From Chlorokybus atmophyticus (lineage: Eukaryota; Plantae; Mesostigma and Chlorokybus algae), in the NCBI GenBank assembly GCA_009103225.1, contig RHPI01002533.1, forward strand, positions 1,233,842 through 1,297,841: a stretch of DNA of 64,000 nt. Reading direction: 5' to 3'. This document shows positions 12,171-25,159 of the stretch, in pieces (positions within the stretch are counted from its first letter, which is position 1; the number at the start of each line of letters is the position of its first letter). Position numbers and translations under genes: made by a program. The notes under the pieces are model-generated. The model saw only the letters and a program-made list of their open reading frames with translations. It was not told the DNA's origin and did not search any database.

Positions 12171-15100
12171 ATGGGGACAGCTGCGACGGGCTGGTGCCAG
12201 CCCGGGCCTGGCTATGTGCGAGCCGTTGAGGTGCCGTGGCTGGAGGACGAGAACATCAACTGGCGCCAGCTGTCGATTGACTTTCCTGCTGCTTCGGAGA
12301 GCACCGCAGGCCGGCAGCAGCGCCTCCTCTTTCCTAGAACCAGCGCGGGTGGAGGCCGTGGCGCAAGCTTACCAACGCAACCAAACCTCCAACGCTCTCT
12401 CTTCTGGTGCATGGTGTTGTTGTTTAGCGCATGTTACCATAGCGCCTCATTGTAATTGTGAACAAAAGTATGCGCATGCGAGCACCATGGCGTGGTCGAT
12501 ATAGGTTGATCATTGCTACCCTGTGTTTGCTCACGACACTCAAGGAGGTTGATGGCAATCTGATGGCTTGAGGGTAATCATGCATGCATGTACGCGTAGT
12601 GACGCCGCGTATTTGCTGCTGTTTCAAAGAAACAGCAGCAAGAACGGCAGCTTTTCATTTGTCGTTACCAAGCCAAGCCGGCTGCTTTTTTTATACTTTG
12701 TCAACTTTATGGCCTGTGGCTGCTATTGCTATTGAGTGCTAGTGATGGTAAGTGTAAGTCAGTCGGTCAAAGAGTGCTACAGAGTGGATCAAATTTTGAC
12801 TGTTGGTATTGGCCAGGCGCATTCATGAGTCCTCACCCTCAAGTTTGGAGCTCATAGAAGGCTCGTTGTCCACTAGCCTGCAGAGAAATGGGCTACGAAT
12901 ACAGTTTCCTGCACCCTTGTTCGCAAAGATCCTCATTGAAGCAAGTGTAAGAACAGGGTTGCCATACATGGCAACTTAAATATCAGATGGTGTGAAGCCG
13001 GCGTTTGAGTACAGGGGGCAATGCACTAACCGCCTGTTGTCAGGCTGTCACTGGTTCGGATGTTGTGTACAGCGTCTTGGCTTTCACTGAGGCTGGTATT
13101 GTGTACATATTAAGGCTACCTGCACCTGCCACCACCACCACCAGTTCACTCAAGGAGGTAAACCTTGCCGTACGCTGTTTGTGTGTTGTTTCTTTGCAGG
13201 TCGTGTCATGTGACCGTGTGTCATCTAGGCTTGCTATATTTCTGCTATACAAGCATGGTATGCAGTATTGTTCATGCTGTGTGGGCATGTGCTTCTGAGT
13301 TCGTAGTTGAACAACGCTTGGTGTGCACCTACTTGATCATTGACAACCAGGTGAAGGCGAGAGACTTCACCTACCGCAACAAGTTCTCAGAACTATCGCG
13401 AGTGACCGACCCAGTCGACATCGCAGTTGCAGGCCAGCATCACCTATGCATTGGTGGTTCCAATGGGAGTGTGCTTGTCATCCCGTTGCCGCAACTGTCA
13501 ACCAGTAAGTGACTTCTGTCTCATGTACTTTGCTGTGGACTGCAGCTGGCGTACTGTGAGTTTGGGTGCGTTTGTAGCTGACAGAAGCATGGTGCAGTGG
13601 CTGCAGTCGCGGATCCACCAGCTTATGAACTGAAGGAGTCTGGAAGCCTGTGGAGAGGTTTTCTACAACGGTACAGTGTCCTGCATGAGGGACACTGTGT
13701 GTGAGCAAGTGCAATTGTGGGCTTGTAAGCTCGCAGCTTGCACCGTAGCAGCAATCAACACACGTGTTCTTGAACAGATCTAGGCGAGTGCGTGGTGTCA
13801 GCGCCATGAGTGTGCAACTGATGGACAACAAGCGATACCTTGTTGTAGCGCATGAAGAAGGTGTCTTGCGTGCTTGGGATGTGCAAGGTCACTTGCTGAC
13901 AAGCCAGGACTTACCAACCAAGTCAGATGACAGCCAACATGGTACCAAACAGTTTTGTAGTGGCACATGCAGTAGTATCACAGTGCATTCATACACATGG
14001 AAAGTCTTGAACTGCCACCTACGTGGCTGTGGACTTAGTACAAATCAAGCCATGCCATGTGCCAGTGCCTTCACTCCTGCGGTCTTTCATTTTCGAGGAT
14101 GGCGCAAGCGGCTTACTCGTTGTGTTAAAGGCGTCCAGCAAAGAGGTGTGGACCCTGAAAGTACTGGCTATTCTTATTACAGGCCACGTAACTTTTGTAT
14201 GCTGTCACAGACGCACGGAGGCCTGATAGTGCTGTACAGCATTGCAGCAGTTGAGCGCGACGGTGACGAGCGCCAAGCTGTTCAGTTTGAACAGCGCAGT
14301 GTCATCAGCTATGCAGAGGTTTGACAGCTATGCAGTTGATAAGGCAGGCAGCTTTGCCATTCTCTGTTGTTGGTGGCAGTCTGATTCACCATGCGCAGCA
14401 GGCACAAATTCGTGATGCCATCGTTGCCAAAGGTGTTGTATGGGCTCTGGCTATGGTTGGAGATGGTCGCCAGCAGTGCGCATCCGTTCTCTTCATGGAC
14501 TTGGAGTCCTTGCGTACGCTGCAGCCAGCAGAGGTGATATCTTGGTAAGAAGCCTAAATCAGAAGAGTACGGTTGTTAGAGTCTGTTGTGCATGAGACTG
14601 GTGCTGTTGGCAGTTGTTCTAGCAGTACCCTCTGTGCACAGCGTTTGCATGATGCCATCTAGCCCAGCTGATGAGAGCAATGAGTTCACTCCACCCATTA
14701 CCTGTATACCTGTACAGGCCACAGTGGTCTCTACGATGTCAGTTGCAGCAAGAGGCTGTAGCAGCGGCGCTGGTGCAGTCTGCCAACAGCGCTGATGAAC
14801 ACTTCATTCAAACCCACATTGGAAGTTCTCTTGAGGTGAGCAGCAAGCGTCGCCTGTGAGTTTATCTTGTGTAAATATCAGTTGTCATGATGTGACAAAG
14901 GCGCCGGTGGCATACAGGAGTTTTTGCTCGCTATGTTGCTGCAACCTGGGATTCTGAGCCGTACAGCCATTCGCTTGGCTCTGCGTGCGCATGACAGGCA
15001 CATATCCCCAGAAGATGCAATGGGCCTGTCGTTGCATGGACTGGCCAAAGAAGTTGCAACAGTTATCCACGCTAAGGTACTTTACCGATAGCTATGGCAC

Positions 15101-18100
15101 TCCGTGTAGACAACTGCCAGGATTGGGGGGGGGCGGGGGGGGGGCTGCTTATGCCGGCTGTGTTCCTTGCTCAGCATGCCTGTTGTGAACACTTTGTGCG
15201 CATTGTCAGGCTGGTCGCCAACGGAATCGCCGGCAGCTGCAGGCATGGTGGGAGTTTATGTGTGACTACACGCACTGTTGGCGCCAAGCATATCTGCCGC
15301 TGGGGTTCCACAGAGACAACCTTTCAGGTGCTGTAGGCCTGGTGACGACGGGGTCGATAACAACCTTCCGCAGCTGCGATCGCGCAGAATCTTTGAGCTT
15401 TGGTGACTGGAGTGCTGAAGGTGAGTTATGTAAGAGCCCCTCGCAGCCCGTCAGCCCTACTGCTCTGATCTCAGCCTCCAGCTGTATGTTAATCTGACTG
15501 TTTCTGTGCAGAGTTGGCAAAGGCTGCTCCTGCTCGTCAAGTCTTGGAAGATGCTGTTACTTCTCAAGCAGGGCAGGCAGTAACAGTTGCGTTTGCACCT
15601 CTGCGCAAGCTGCTCGAGTGTTGTGCGAGTGTGAGGTTACAGCTGCCAGCCGTTGCTCGGGCCGCTCTGCCGTGGTTGTTGGGTCGAGTGGATGTTAACA
15701 GCCTTGAAAGAATTGCGGCTGGCTACACTGATTTGCTGCAGAAAGGTCCATTTCCAGAGCATGAGGATCGCTCTCTGGATGACGAGCAGATTGGCATTCG
15801 CCGCAAGCTTCGCCGTAGGCATCTTGTTTGGACACTCGAGTTCGAACAGCACTTGCAGGACCTGCAGGGCGTAGTGCAGCATGCGCATGACCCGCGATGG
15901 CAGAGCACATTGCAGGTACTGTGGTGCTAGTTGTCATTCATGTGTACTTGCACACACTGGCATCAGCAGGTCAGTGTGTTGTTATCGCATGTAGAAGTGC
16001 TCTGATCTACTTGCATGTGTAACATGGCAAAAGTATCAGGCTGATGCGGTCATGTGCACATGTTGGCATCAGCAGTTCAGTATGTTGTTATTGAATGTAG
16101 AAGTGCTGTTGTCTGCATGCATGCGGAACTTGGCATAAGCATTGAGCTGATGCAATCATGCTGATTTCCTCCTGCAGGTCGTTGACTGGTATTTGGGCTT
16201 TTTAGAAACTGCAGGCCAGGCCGCTCCTGAAGTTTATGACATGGATACATCAGAGCATGTGGCATATGGTGGCAATGACCTCATGCGTGCAGTTGTACAG
16301 AGCATACGGCAGCACACGGAAGCACTCGGTGCGCTTGCATTTGACGTATACCTGCTGCTGAGCTACCTGCAACGCTTGGGTTCACAGGTCTGCCTGCCTG
16401 TATTGCGCGTAGCTGTTACAATAGATGCCTGCCCTTTTCTCAACTTCCGAACTTCTTGTTTTAACCTTGGTTTGATGGCAGGCCGGGTTGGATAGCATGG
16501 ACATGTCATTCCTGCACAAGCAGCTGCTAGCACGAGCACAAGCATTGGTTGTCAGCACCCAAATTGGCCACTGGCTGAGCCACCATTATGCTTTACCTCC
16601 GGGCTTCTCTGCTGCCGACGACTTCAGCAGTCACCTGTCATCCCTTCGCATAAGCAAGGAGCAGGGTACGACACCATCAGTTTCACTTCGACAAACCCCA
16701 TGCCCCATTTTTCAGGTTTGATTGTAACAATTTGCTTGTGCAGGTGAGACAGGCCAGCAGACCGGCTACACCCCTCTGTTGCACATGGTGCTTGCACCAC
16801 AGCTGACAGGGACGCTGCGAAGCGGACCTGCCTCTCCCGCAGGATTGAGTGCAGCGGCGCTGGTTCACGCCTCGCGCATCTGGTGTGAGCCGCGTAGAAT
16901 GCAGCAAGCTGTGCAGATTGGGCACTTCCTCTACTGGCAGGGGCAGTTTGAGCTGCTGCCAGGGTGGCTATGGCTTGCGCACCAGACCCCCGGCAATCTC
17001 CTTGATGTTGCGGACTCGCACACATCCGGGCTGGACTTTCTGCAAGGCTTGTGTGGACTGGCTGCGCTTGCGCGGTTGTCACGTGATGGCTCTGAAAGCT
17101 TAGGTGTGCAGCGCACACAGTTGGAAAGGGCCAAGGGTTGCTTCTTCCGGGCGGCATCCGGCATCGCCGCCAAGAATGAGGACATGTTGCAGATACTCTC
17201 AGTGTTCCTGCGTGAAGTCTCGCGCGCTGACCTAGCAGAAGACGCCGCACTGCAACGGTTGCAGTACTTGGATCTCGTGATGCTGCTGTTTGAGCGTTCC
17301 GGCAGCAATGCGGGTGCACGCGACATGGCATATGCAGCATTACAACAGGTAACCACTCGGTTTTGTTCAATCTGACTGAGAGCTCATGTCGCGTGCATCC
17401 ATGCGCTATGGTTGTCCTCTCGCCACCTCTGTGCATGTAGTGGCTCGGATGTCATGTTGAGCAATTTTTGTAGGTGGATGCAGCGTATGCCCAAGCTGGT
17501 GCAGATGCTGCAACAGATGCAGAGGGAACAAGCGCTTCAACTGGCGTTCGTGATGAGGCTTGCGCGCGGTTGTGGGAAAATATACTGCAGTATTCTCTGG
17601 AAGACGGCCAGTATCATGCCGCCTATCAAGCGGTGGTATCACATCCGCTACCAGCTCGCCAAAAGGAATGCTTGCGCAGACTGCTGGCGGCACTTTGCGA
17701 GAAGAATGCAGTGCAGACTTTGTGCGAGCTGCCCTTTGCTGGCTTCTTAAGAGATGTAGACGACATCTTGGGCTGGCGCGCAGAGCACGGCGAGCTGGGA
17801 GCACGACCGAACTACTACAAGCTTCTGCATGCTCTTCATACCAGTCGGTCCAACCACCGGCGTGCCGCTCTGTACATGTATCAATATGCGCAGAGGTTGT
17901 CCATGGAGGGAGGCTGGCAATGTCATGCGCAGCAGCTGCAGAGCTTGCAAGTTGCAATCAACTCGCTGAATCTTGTTGACCCGAAGCACGCCTGGTTGGA
18001 GTTGCCTAATGGAGACCAGTCCAATCCCTCCGCGCCTTCGCCATCAAAACGACAGCGTGGCTCGTCAGCTGAGCAGCGCACTTCAGGTAGTGGGCGTTAT

Positions 18101-19036
18101 CTTGACCTCTCGCTATCACGTGAGCGTGCCGTTGCAACTGCCTCCGCATCAACCGCACTGCCCAGTGAAGCTCTGGACGATGGACATGCCCTGCCCATCA
18201 TTACGCTCAATGAGATTGAGAGGGAGGCGGGGCTACTGCAAGCGCAGGTACTCTTGTCAGCATCCACAGGACAGCCGCCTGCTGTGCTGCCTTTGGAAGC
18301 GGACAAGGTGTTGGCATCGCTTCTGGAATACAACGCGTTTGATGCCGCGCTCACGTTGGCATCTCTTACCTGGACGGGCACTGAAATCACTTCAAGGCTT
18401 GAGGCTGTCATAGAAGCCGCTACAAGGCGATGCGTCCAGCTGCAGATGGAAACAGAACAGCAGCTGCAAGCCGAGCATGATGATGAAGATGCTGCAGCTG
18501 CTGCCGCGTATGCTGACAACATGTGGCAGCAACTGGAGGGCTACTTGGCCAGATACGACAGCGAGGAGTGCAACTTTGCTCTAAGATCCACTGTGGTTGA
18601 TACCATCATGACTGTCAACAAGCAAATCTGCCTCCCCACATGGCTGGAGCAGCTGTTCAGCCCAGCTGAAGCCTCAACGTCAGGCTCCGGCATGGCGTTG
18701 ATGAAGTCTAACCCATCTGCCTTACTGACACTGTACCTCAAGCACGGACTGCTTGTGGAGGCTGCTGCACTTGCGCTTGGCTATCTCAATGCCTGGATGG
18801 AGAATGCAAGCTTGCGGAAAAGAATGTTCGCCATATGGTTTCCGCACGCTCTCTTTGACAAACTCAGAATCAGGCTCGAAGAGGCTGCCAGCAGTCATAA
18901 TCCTTCCAGGGGCGGCGCAGGTGATTACCGTTCTTTGCATAATAGGCTGGTTGAGGTTCTTGAAATCTACAAGATCCAGGCTCAGCGGGATTCAGATGTG
19001 TTGAGACAACAATTGCAGTTAGCTGCGGTTAGCTAA
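12171..19036 (+). CDS. NUP160: Nuclear pore complex protein Nup160 (multi-exon)
   Basis: N-terminal VEVPW motif. C-terminal 520-aa exon with RPNYYKLLHALHTSRSNHRRAALYMYQYAQRL, LQVAINSLNLVDPKHAWL and ALLTLYLKHG, typical of Nup160. Many intervening GT-AG exons. Confidence 0.88.
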
Positions 19037-20134
19037 TCGCATTGGCTTTGCTCGACTCCACTTAGTGTAGGTCTCCAACTTGCGCGTCCCAGCGTAGTTG
19101 CCTACAAGTAGTGGCAGTTGGAGTTCAGCACCTGCTTTGCCAGTGTCACAAACGGTGCAAAGGGGCACTCGCACATGTAATGCCACAACCACAACAACCA
19201 CTCATCAACTTGACTACCGGGCTAAGGTATGCACCTACATGCTATCTACTAACTACCCCTACCTCTACCTCTGTTGCCCCCTTGATAGACATGCATGCAT
19301 GCACGTATCTGCTTGCATAGGCCTGTGCTAACATGCGCGCTCATGTCCATGGACAATCCATGTACACATGTATGTATGCAACAGTGGCTCAACCATCTCA
19401 CAATGTGGCACCATTCAAGAACATTACTTACTGCACAACACCGGGTGAGTGGCACAATACTTGCTGCAGTGGCAGCGCCGTCCTCATTTAGGGTATATAT
19501 ACAGTCAATGGGAGTAGTGCTCCCTGCCTTATGACTACTTGTAACTAAGGTGGGGGGAAGAGACTACTGGCTGTTCTGCGTGCAATTGCACTTGTGATGC
19601 AGCACACAAATATTGCTCGACATCAACAAGACAGTGGTGCAGCCAACTGAAGCAATGTGAAGGGCCTGTACTATTCACAAAGCTACACTATACCAGGCAG
19701 GGGAGTCGGGGTGGATTAGAAGCAGATCTGGCAACATATGTCGTAGGCTTCAGCCATAAGCAGGCAGCAACTGCGAGCCATGCACCCTAACAGCTACAGT
19801 ACTTTCTTGCGTAGTCAAGCAGGAACAATTGCTGGTGCAAGTGTGCATCAGCAATTGTTATGCATGGCAATGGTGATGCCATGCAAGCCATGCTACCTAT
19901 CAGCCGCCACCCACATTGCCAGTAGGAGCTACTGAACAGAGCGCGAGGCCTTCACCAGCCTATACCACTACTTGACACAGCTAACTCACCAACAGCAGCC
20001 TATGTTCTTTCTACTAGACAGATGCGTGTGCGTGCATTGAGTTGAAGTCCCTGATACATTGCGTGGGTTGGCTCTCACACTAGACATTGCTTGGTCATCT
20101 TAGCCAGATTAAGCAGACATGCACGCATACTGCG

Positions 20135-23108
20135 TCAATCCGTCAACAGTCGCCTCACACGCTGCACATTCATGAATTGCATCAGCCATGGTGGTTGTGT
20201 CTTCTCCAAAGCGTCTCCATTTGCGACAGCAGCATACCTGTGTGTAGGCTCGGCGGTCTGTCTGGTAAAGTCGGGCGGCCTCAGCATTGACAGGACATGA
20301 CAAATCCACATCGTCCAACATGACATGAAGTGACACCAGCAAGGATGTCAGAGACCACAGCGGGTTCCACTCTCCAGACAACATGTCTAGGCAAGGCGTG
20401 CCGTCGGCGGTGATGTTGGGATGATACATGCGTGAGAGAAACCGAACTCGAGGTGCACTGTGCGGGAAGCTGCGCAAGAATCTGCCAACAAGCCCCATAC
20501 AGGTCCCATCAGCTTACAAGACAGAGAACACCGCACATGCCTTAGGATGATGCACACGGGTCTCTCTCTCTCTCTCTTCCCCCCTCTCTATCTCTGTCCC
20601 CCTCCCTCCCTCCCTCCCTCTCTTAGTGCTGTAATTAATAGGCATACCGTATGGTCAGTGATAGGAAGCCACCGTCCACAACAGAGCCATCGACGCCAAT
20701 TAGTGTCACGTCCCAGATGAGAATGTTGCCATCACGTGGTGAGACACTTATGCCCACAGGTGGGTCTCCGGTGATGCGCTGCAACTGCAAAAGGACACAA
20801 ACTGGAGGCACAGCAGCTACGCACAATACAAAGCACCCAAGTACTAACCTCTTGTGTGCAACAGACAGGACACAAACAGTAGGCACACCAGCTACACGCA
20901 AAACAAAGTGTCCAAGTGTACTGACCTCTTGTTGAAGCAGTGACTGGCCATAGCAAAATGAGGCGGCGGACTGCACTGAACCCTCCCGTTGAGGTGCCAT
21001 TGTCACGGCATCTTCCGCAGCTGCCTCTGCTTCTTGGCGGTTCAAAATCGTTTCCTGCACACACAAAGGATCTGGCTGATGGTTCGCAATACAGGCGCAT
21101 GTATGAAATGCACATCACGGCACATGCATCACCTTGATGGCCTGAAGTCGCTCCAGAAGGCTCGCATACTTGAAGGTGCCATTCAGTTCCTTGAATGGGT
21201 CCTGGTGCGACAGCCATGCATTTGAGTTTTGAGTTTTGCAATAGGAGGTCTCATGCGATTCACCATAGGAACAGAAGCCGTCACACACCTGGAAAGGCTT
21301 TGAATCAAACTCTAATGACAGCTGTCGACAGTTGGCAACATACGTATCATACCTGTGCTGCAACCCAGTCAGATCGCTAGGCAAAAAACCTATCAAGAGG
21401 TTGGGACAGCTTATGCTCGCAAATTCCTTTGATTCTGCGATGCATGAATGTAGTGACATGCTTTACCACAGCAAGAATTGACGCTGGACGATGTCGGAGA
21501 AGATAAGGCCACCATACATGGGTGTTGGTGAGGATCCTTCAGCGTCTTGCGAAGCAGCGGCATTGCGCGATAGGATGGTCTCCAAGACACCGCATACAGC
21601 TACTCGCAGTGTTTCATGGCGCTGGCATGCACTGATGGTCAGCCCATGCCACAAACACTGCAGTTGTGTGACAAGCGTAGCTGCAGTGTCTTTAAACATA
21701 CCACACCTGTATATCCGAATAATGTTGTGCAGCATTGGATCGATGGTGCAGTAGCCCGTTGGTCAATCGTTTGCTGTCCAGCTCGTAACCAGGCTCATTG
21801 TGATACGGAGCGTCATTCATAATGCTCTGCACATCCCGCGCATGAGTCTTGCTTCGACATGCATGCACAGTGACATCCGGTGTATGTGCAACAACAGCAA
21901 TGTTGTAATCTGGCAGCGAATTTGACACATACGCGTTTGTGGAAGGTCACAAGCAAGCCAATTACATCAACGTGAAGCTAGAACTGGTACCCACCTGAAT
22001 GGATATCAACACACTGTGAATGGTCTCCACACTGCTCCACCCAGGCCCCTCCCATGTGCCCAGAATGCTGAGGCATACCTGCACTGGTTGCAGTGATGGC
22101 TTGAATTGCTTGAATCTCATTCAATTGTAGCTGCAGTCTTGCACACAGCACAAAGTTCAACACAGCAATGAGAGCATGCGAAAAGTACCTTTCCACATTT
22201 GTACAAATTGGGATTAAACCTATGGCGGCCACTGTCAGTTGTCAACAGCTTGACAGTCGGCGGCTCAAAGGGGTAATCACTTGGGAACCGCATCGAGAAG
22301 ATGAAAAAGCCATACTGTGACACGCAGAATGCAGGTCAGCAACGACATGCAATATGCATGGAGGTCCGAAGCAGCTTGCTAGCGGCCAGCCTTTCCTTGG
22401 TGCCATGAGTAATAGATTGGTTGATGCATGGATGACAGCATTTACACTGCTAGCTTGGACACACATGCGGTCAAGACACTGGGAACAAACTTTCATAATA
22501 TTGCAAAAAACAGTGAAGCGCAAAGGCCACCAGCCTCGGCAACACGCCATGATGGCTGTTCTGCTTAAGCAAAGTAGTAGTACCTGGGGACATGAGACTG
22601 CTAAACGCAATGCATGCTACAGCGCAATTGCAGTTGGTGGGTGGGCTCAAGAATACACGCCTGCTTTTATTTGTGCTGCAGTTTTGGCATCCCGCCATAA
22701 TTGTTGGCAGTCAGCAGACCAGCAAGCTGCGAATGGCATGCAACCGCACTACTGAGGCGCGTTACTAGGATACCATGTTGAATTGCTTGATATTATGCGC
22801 GCAACCCCCCTAAAATATAAAAAGGACTAGCTCTCGCAGTGTCAAATCAAGGACAATTGCATTACGCAATGTGCCTGGCCGCTTAGCTGACCGTGGAGAC
22901 AAACTTTGCACGCAAACACCGCCACCGCCACACATGCACTTGCTATCCGCTTCACCTGATAAGGTGTTCCAGGGGGTCCCATGACAAGGGCCTCCAGGTG
23001 AGTCAGGGAGTGCTCTGATGGGGGGGCGACCCAGACAAGTGGCACGGGCTCGCCTTTTTCCCGCCGCAGCTCCGCCTGGAGCCGCCTCATGCATGCTGTG
23101 CTTGCCAT
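20135..23108 (-). CDS. Tandem double ubiquitin-conjugating (E2) protein: N-terminal UBE2Z/USE1-like UBC plus C-terminal class I UBC
   Basis: Domain 1: [25 protein letters not shown]|[35 protein letters not shown]...[12 protein letters not shown]. Domain 2: [39 protein letters not shown]. The linker exons splice in frame. Confidence 0.85.
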
Positions 23109-24463
23109 TTCCGCCCTCTTCCGCAAGCAACAGCCAGAAATGACAGCGGAGAGGAAAACACCAGGTACACTAGGTAAAAAGGTTCAAGCTAACACCAATT
23201 GGAAGTCTACGTGCGCTGAGCGGCTGGTACGCTACATGTTGCTTCTGCTAACAAGCAAGCTTCGCCAACCGCATGTCCGGCTTGTCTCATGCACGGCAAT
23301 GGCGCCAAGCCCAACAGCATGTTGATGGTCAGGACAAACCCCGCGTCCTTTCTTTCAACCTTTCCTAACCCCACAACACCTGCAATGCCGCTGTGGCCAC
23401 CGCACTACAGCTGTAGTACTCCCTTGCACTCAAGCTGAAACCATCCACTTTTGACCTTCACCTCCCACCTCGGCTTGTTCAACAATGTTACTGACCCAAG
23501 CCTTGCTAGCGCCCTTGACGCCACCCTCGTCCTGCGCAGCCCTGTAAAGGTGTCGTTGATGTCGTTGTCGTTGACCCTAACACGCGTGTGATGGCAAAAT
23601 AGTCGCCGCATGTCGAGACTCAGTGCGTATGCGGTCAACCGCGCAGGAGGTGGCGAGCAGGTTCCCGTGCACGTTAAAACCTGAGGTGACCTGTTAGTAA
23701 AGGGTGTTCTGCCTGGTGCGTGTGAGATCACCATCACAGCACGACCGCCAAGCCCCCCCTACCACATCATGTACATGCAGTTTGACACGCACACAACTCT
23801 AGCTGCTGTGCAATTGTCTTTTCCCTTATGCTCTGATTTGGTCGTAACGTGCACGCAAGTGGCATTGTGCAATCTGTGCTACGCAAGCAAACCGGATTGG
23901 ATGCCGCTTTTCCCGACAGATGTCTGTTTACTAATGTGCTTATGTCATATTATGTGCTCCGTTAGGTAGGAGTGCCTTTGCACATGTGCATGCATGCCAT
24001 ACTAAGCTAAACAGGATGATTGGTGTGCACTTAGCTAGCCAGCCCCTTTGACTGTAGGGTTTGTTGTTGTTATTGTTGTGGTGGTGGTGGTGGTTGTTAT
24101 TCTTGTAAACAAAACTGCTGTTGGGAAGGAGTAGACATTGGGTATATCACATACTAGCTGAGGGCACCTGTCTTGGGCCTGCGCTGTGAGGCCGCGTGTG
24201 TGTGATCTATAATCCCTGGTGTTCTACCACTCCTGCTGTGCATATGTGTTGGCTTGGCTTGTAGATTGGCTTGGTTTGTTAATTGGGCCCCTCTCTTTTA
24301 CTTTATACATCAAATAAGGGTGGTTGTGCATACATGTGCGCTCTCGCACACACAGACATTGGTTCTGACCATCGTTGGCACGCATGCAAACCCAATGCAC
24401 AAACAATACATGTGAGATAATACATGTGTAGGGCATCGAAACATGTGCACAACATACACTTGA

Positions 24464-24767
24464 CACATTCCGCGCAGGCGAGCTTCCTACCCCAAGAGCA
24501 ACATAGCAAAGTCGGCTAAGTTAGGAGTGGTGTCACAGCTTGTAAGATTCACACGCATTTGCATTGCGTGCCCATTTCGTTGATGCCATGGTTCAGTTGT
24601 TGCGAGATATGTAGGCTGACGGCTATATATTCAGCGCGCTGATGTCCAAGTTGCGGGCGAAGATGTACAACATGCAAGGTGACGTGTATGACACCACCTA
24701 CCAACGGCTCTACCTGCAAGTGGCGCGCAGATGCAGTTCCACGGCATGGATAAGTGAGGTAAGTTAA
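24464..24767 (+). mobile_element. Degenerate, 5'-truncated fragment of a Penelope-like retroelement (RT C-terminal/thumb region)
   Basis: Conceptual translation SYPKSNIAKSAKLGVVSQLVRFTRIC[frameshift]FVDAMVQLLRDM*ADGY resembles the PLE motif SNI...GV..SQL.R..R.C...F......L...GY. Frameshift near 24570 and a premature TAG at 24612-24614. Confidence 0.55.
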
Positions 24768-24819
24768 CGTGCATTATGCGGGGAGCAGTTGTCACTGCCC
24801 GCACATGTTTTATATTGGC

Positions 24820-24935
24820 GCACATGACTGTGCATGACTGTGCATGCTCTATGTTGGCTCGCAGGACTGTGCATGAATGCATGATTGTGCATGCGCATGC
24901 TGCATGTGCATGCTAGCTCACATGACTGTACATGC
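24820..24935. repeat. Degenerate tandem (TGCATGAC-like) repeat
   Basis: gcacatgactgtgcatgactgtgcatgc...gactgtgcatgaatgcatgattgtgcatg...catgactgtacatg. Confidence 0.7.
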
Positions 24936-25159
24936 CTGCAAGACGGTGCAGGATCAAGTGCCAACCCCTCATTCTGTCGTGCACTCAGTTCTCTTGTAAT
25001 CTAACCGTTGCAGTTCTTGTAAGCCATGTGACAGCCTGCAGCCGATTGCGAACTATGGGTTTTACACGGCAAGACCAGGACCGGCCGAACAGCAAAGTGG
25101 CAGCGACATCCACCATTCAGCAGCACATCATCACACTGCACACCCGCCCTCGCCCTGCT

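Noticed and set aside
24615-24758. Apparently perfect isolated exon (tag|gct...gag|gtaagt) of an unknown gene
   Set aside because: Read without splicing, it continues an upstream PLE-like motif across a stop and a frameshift, and I found no partner exons. It is better explained as a retroelement relic.
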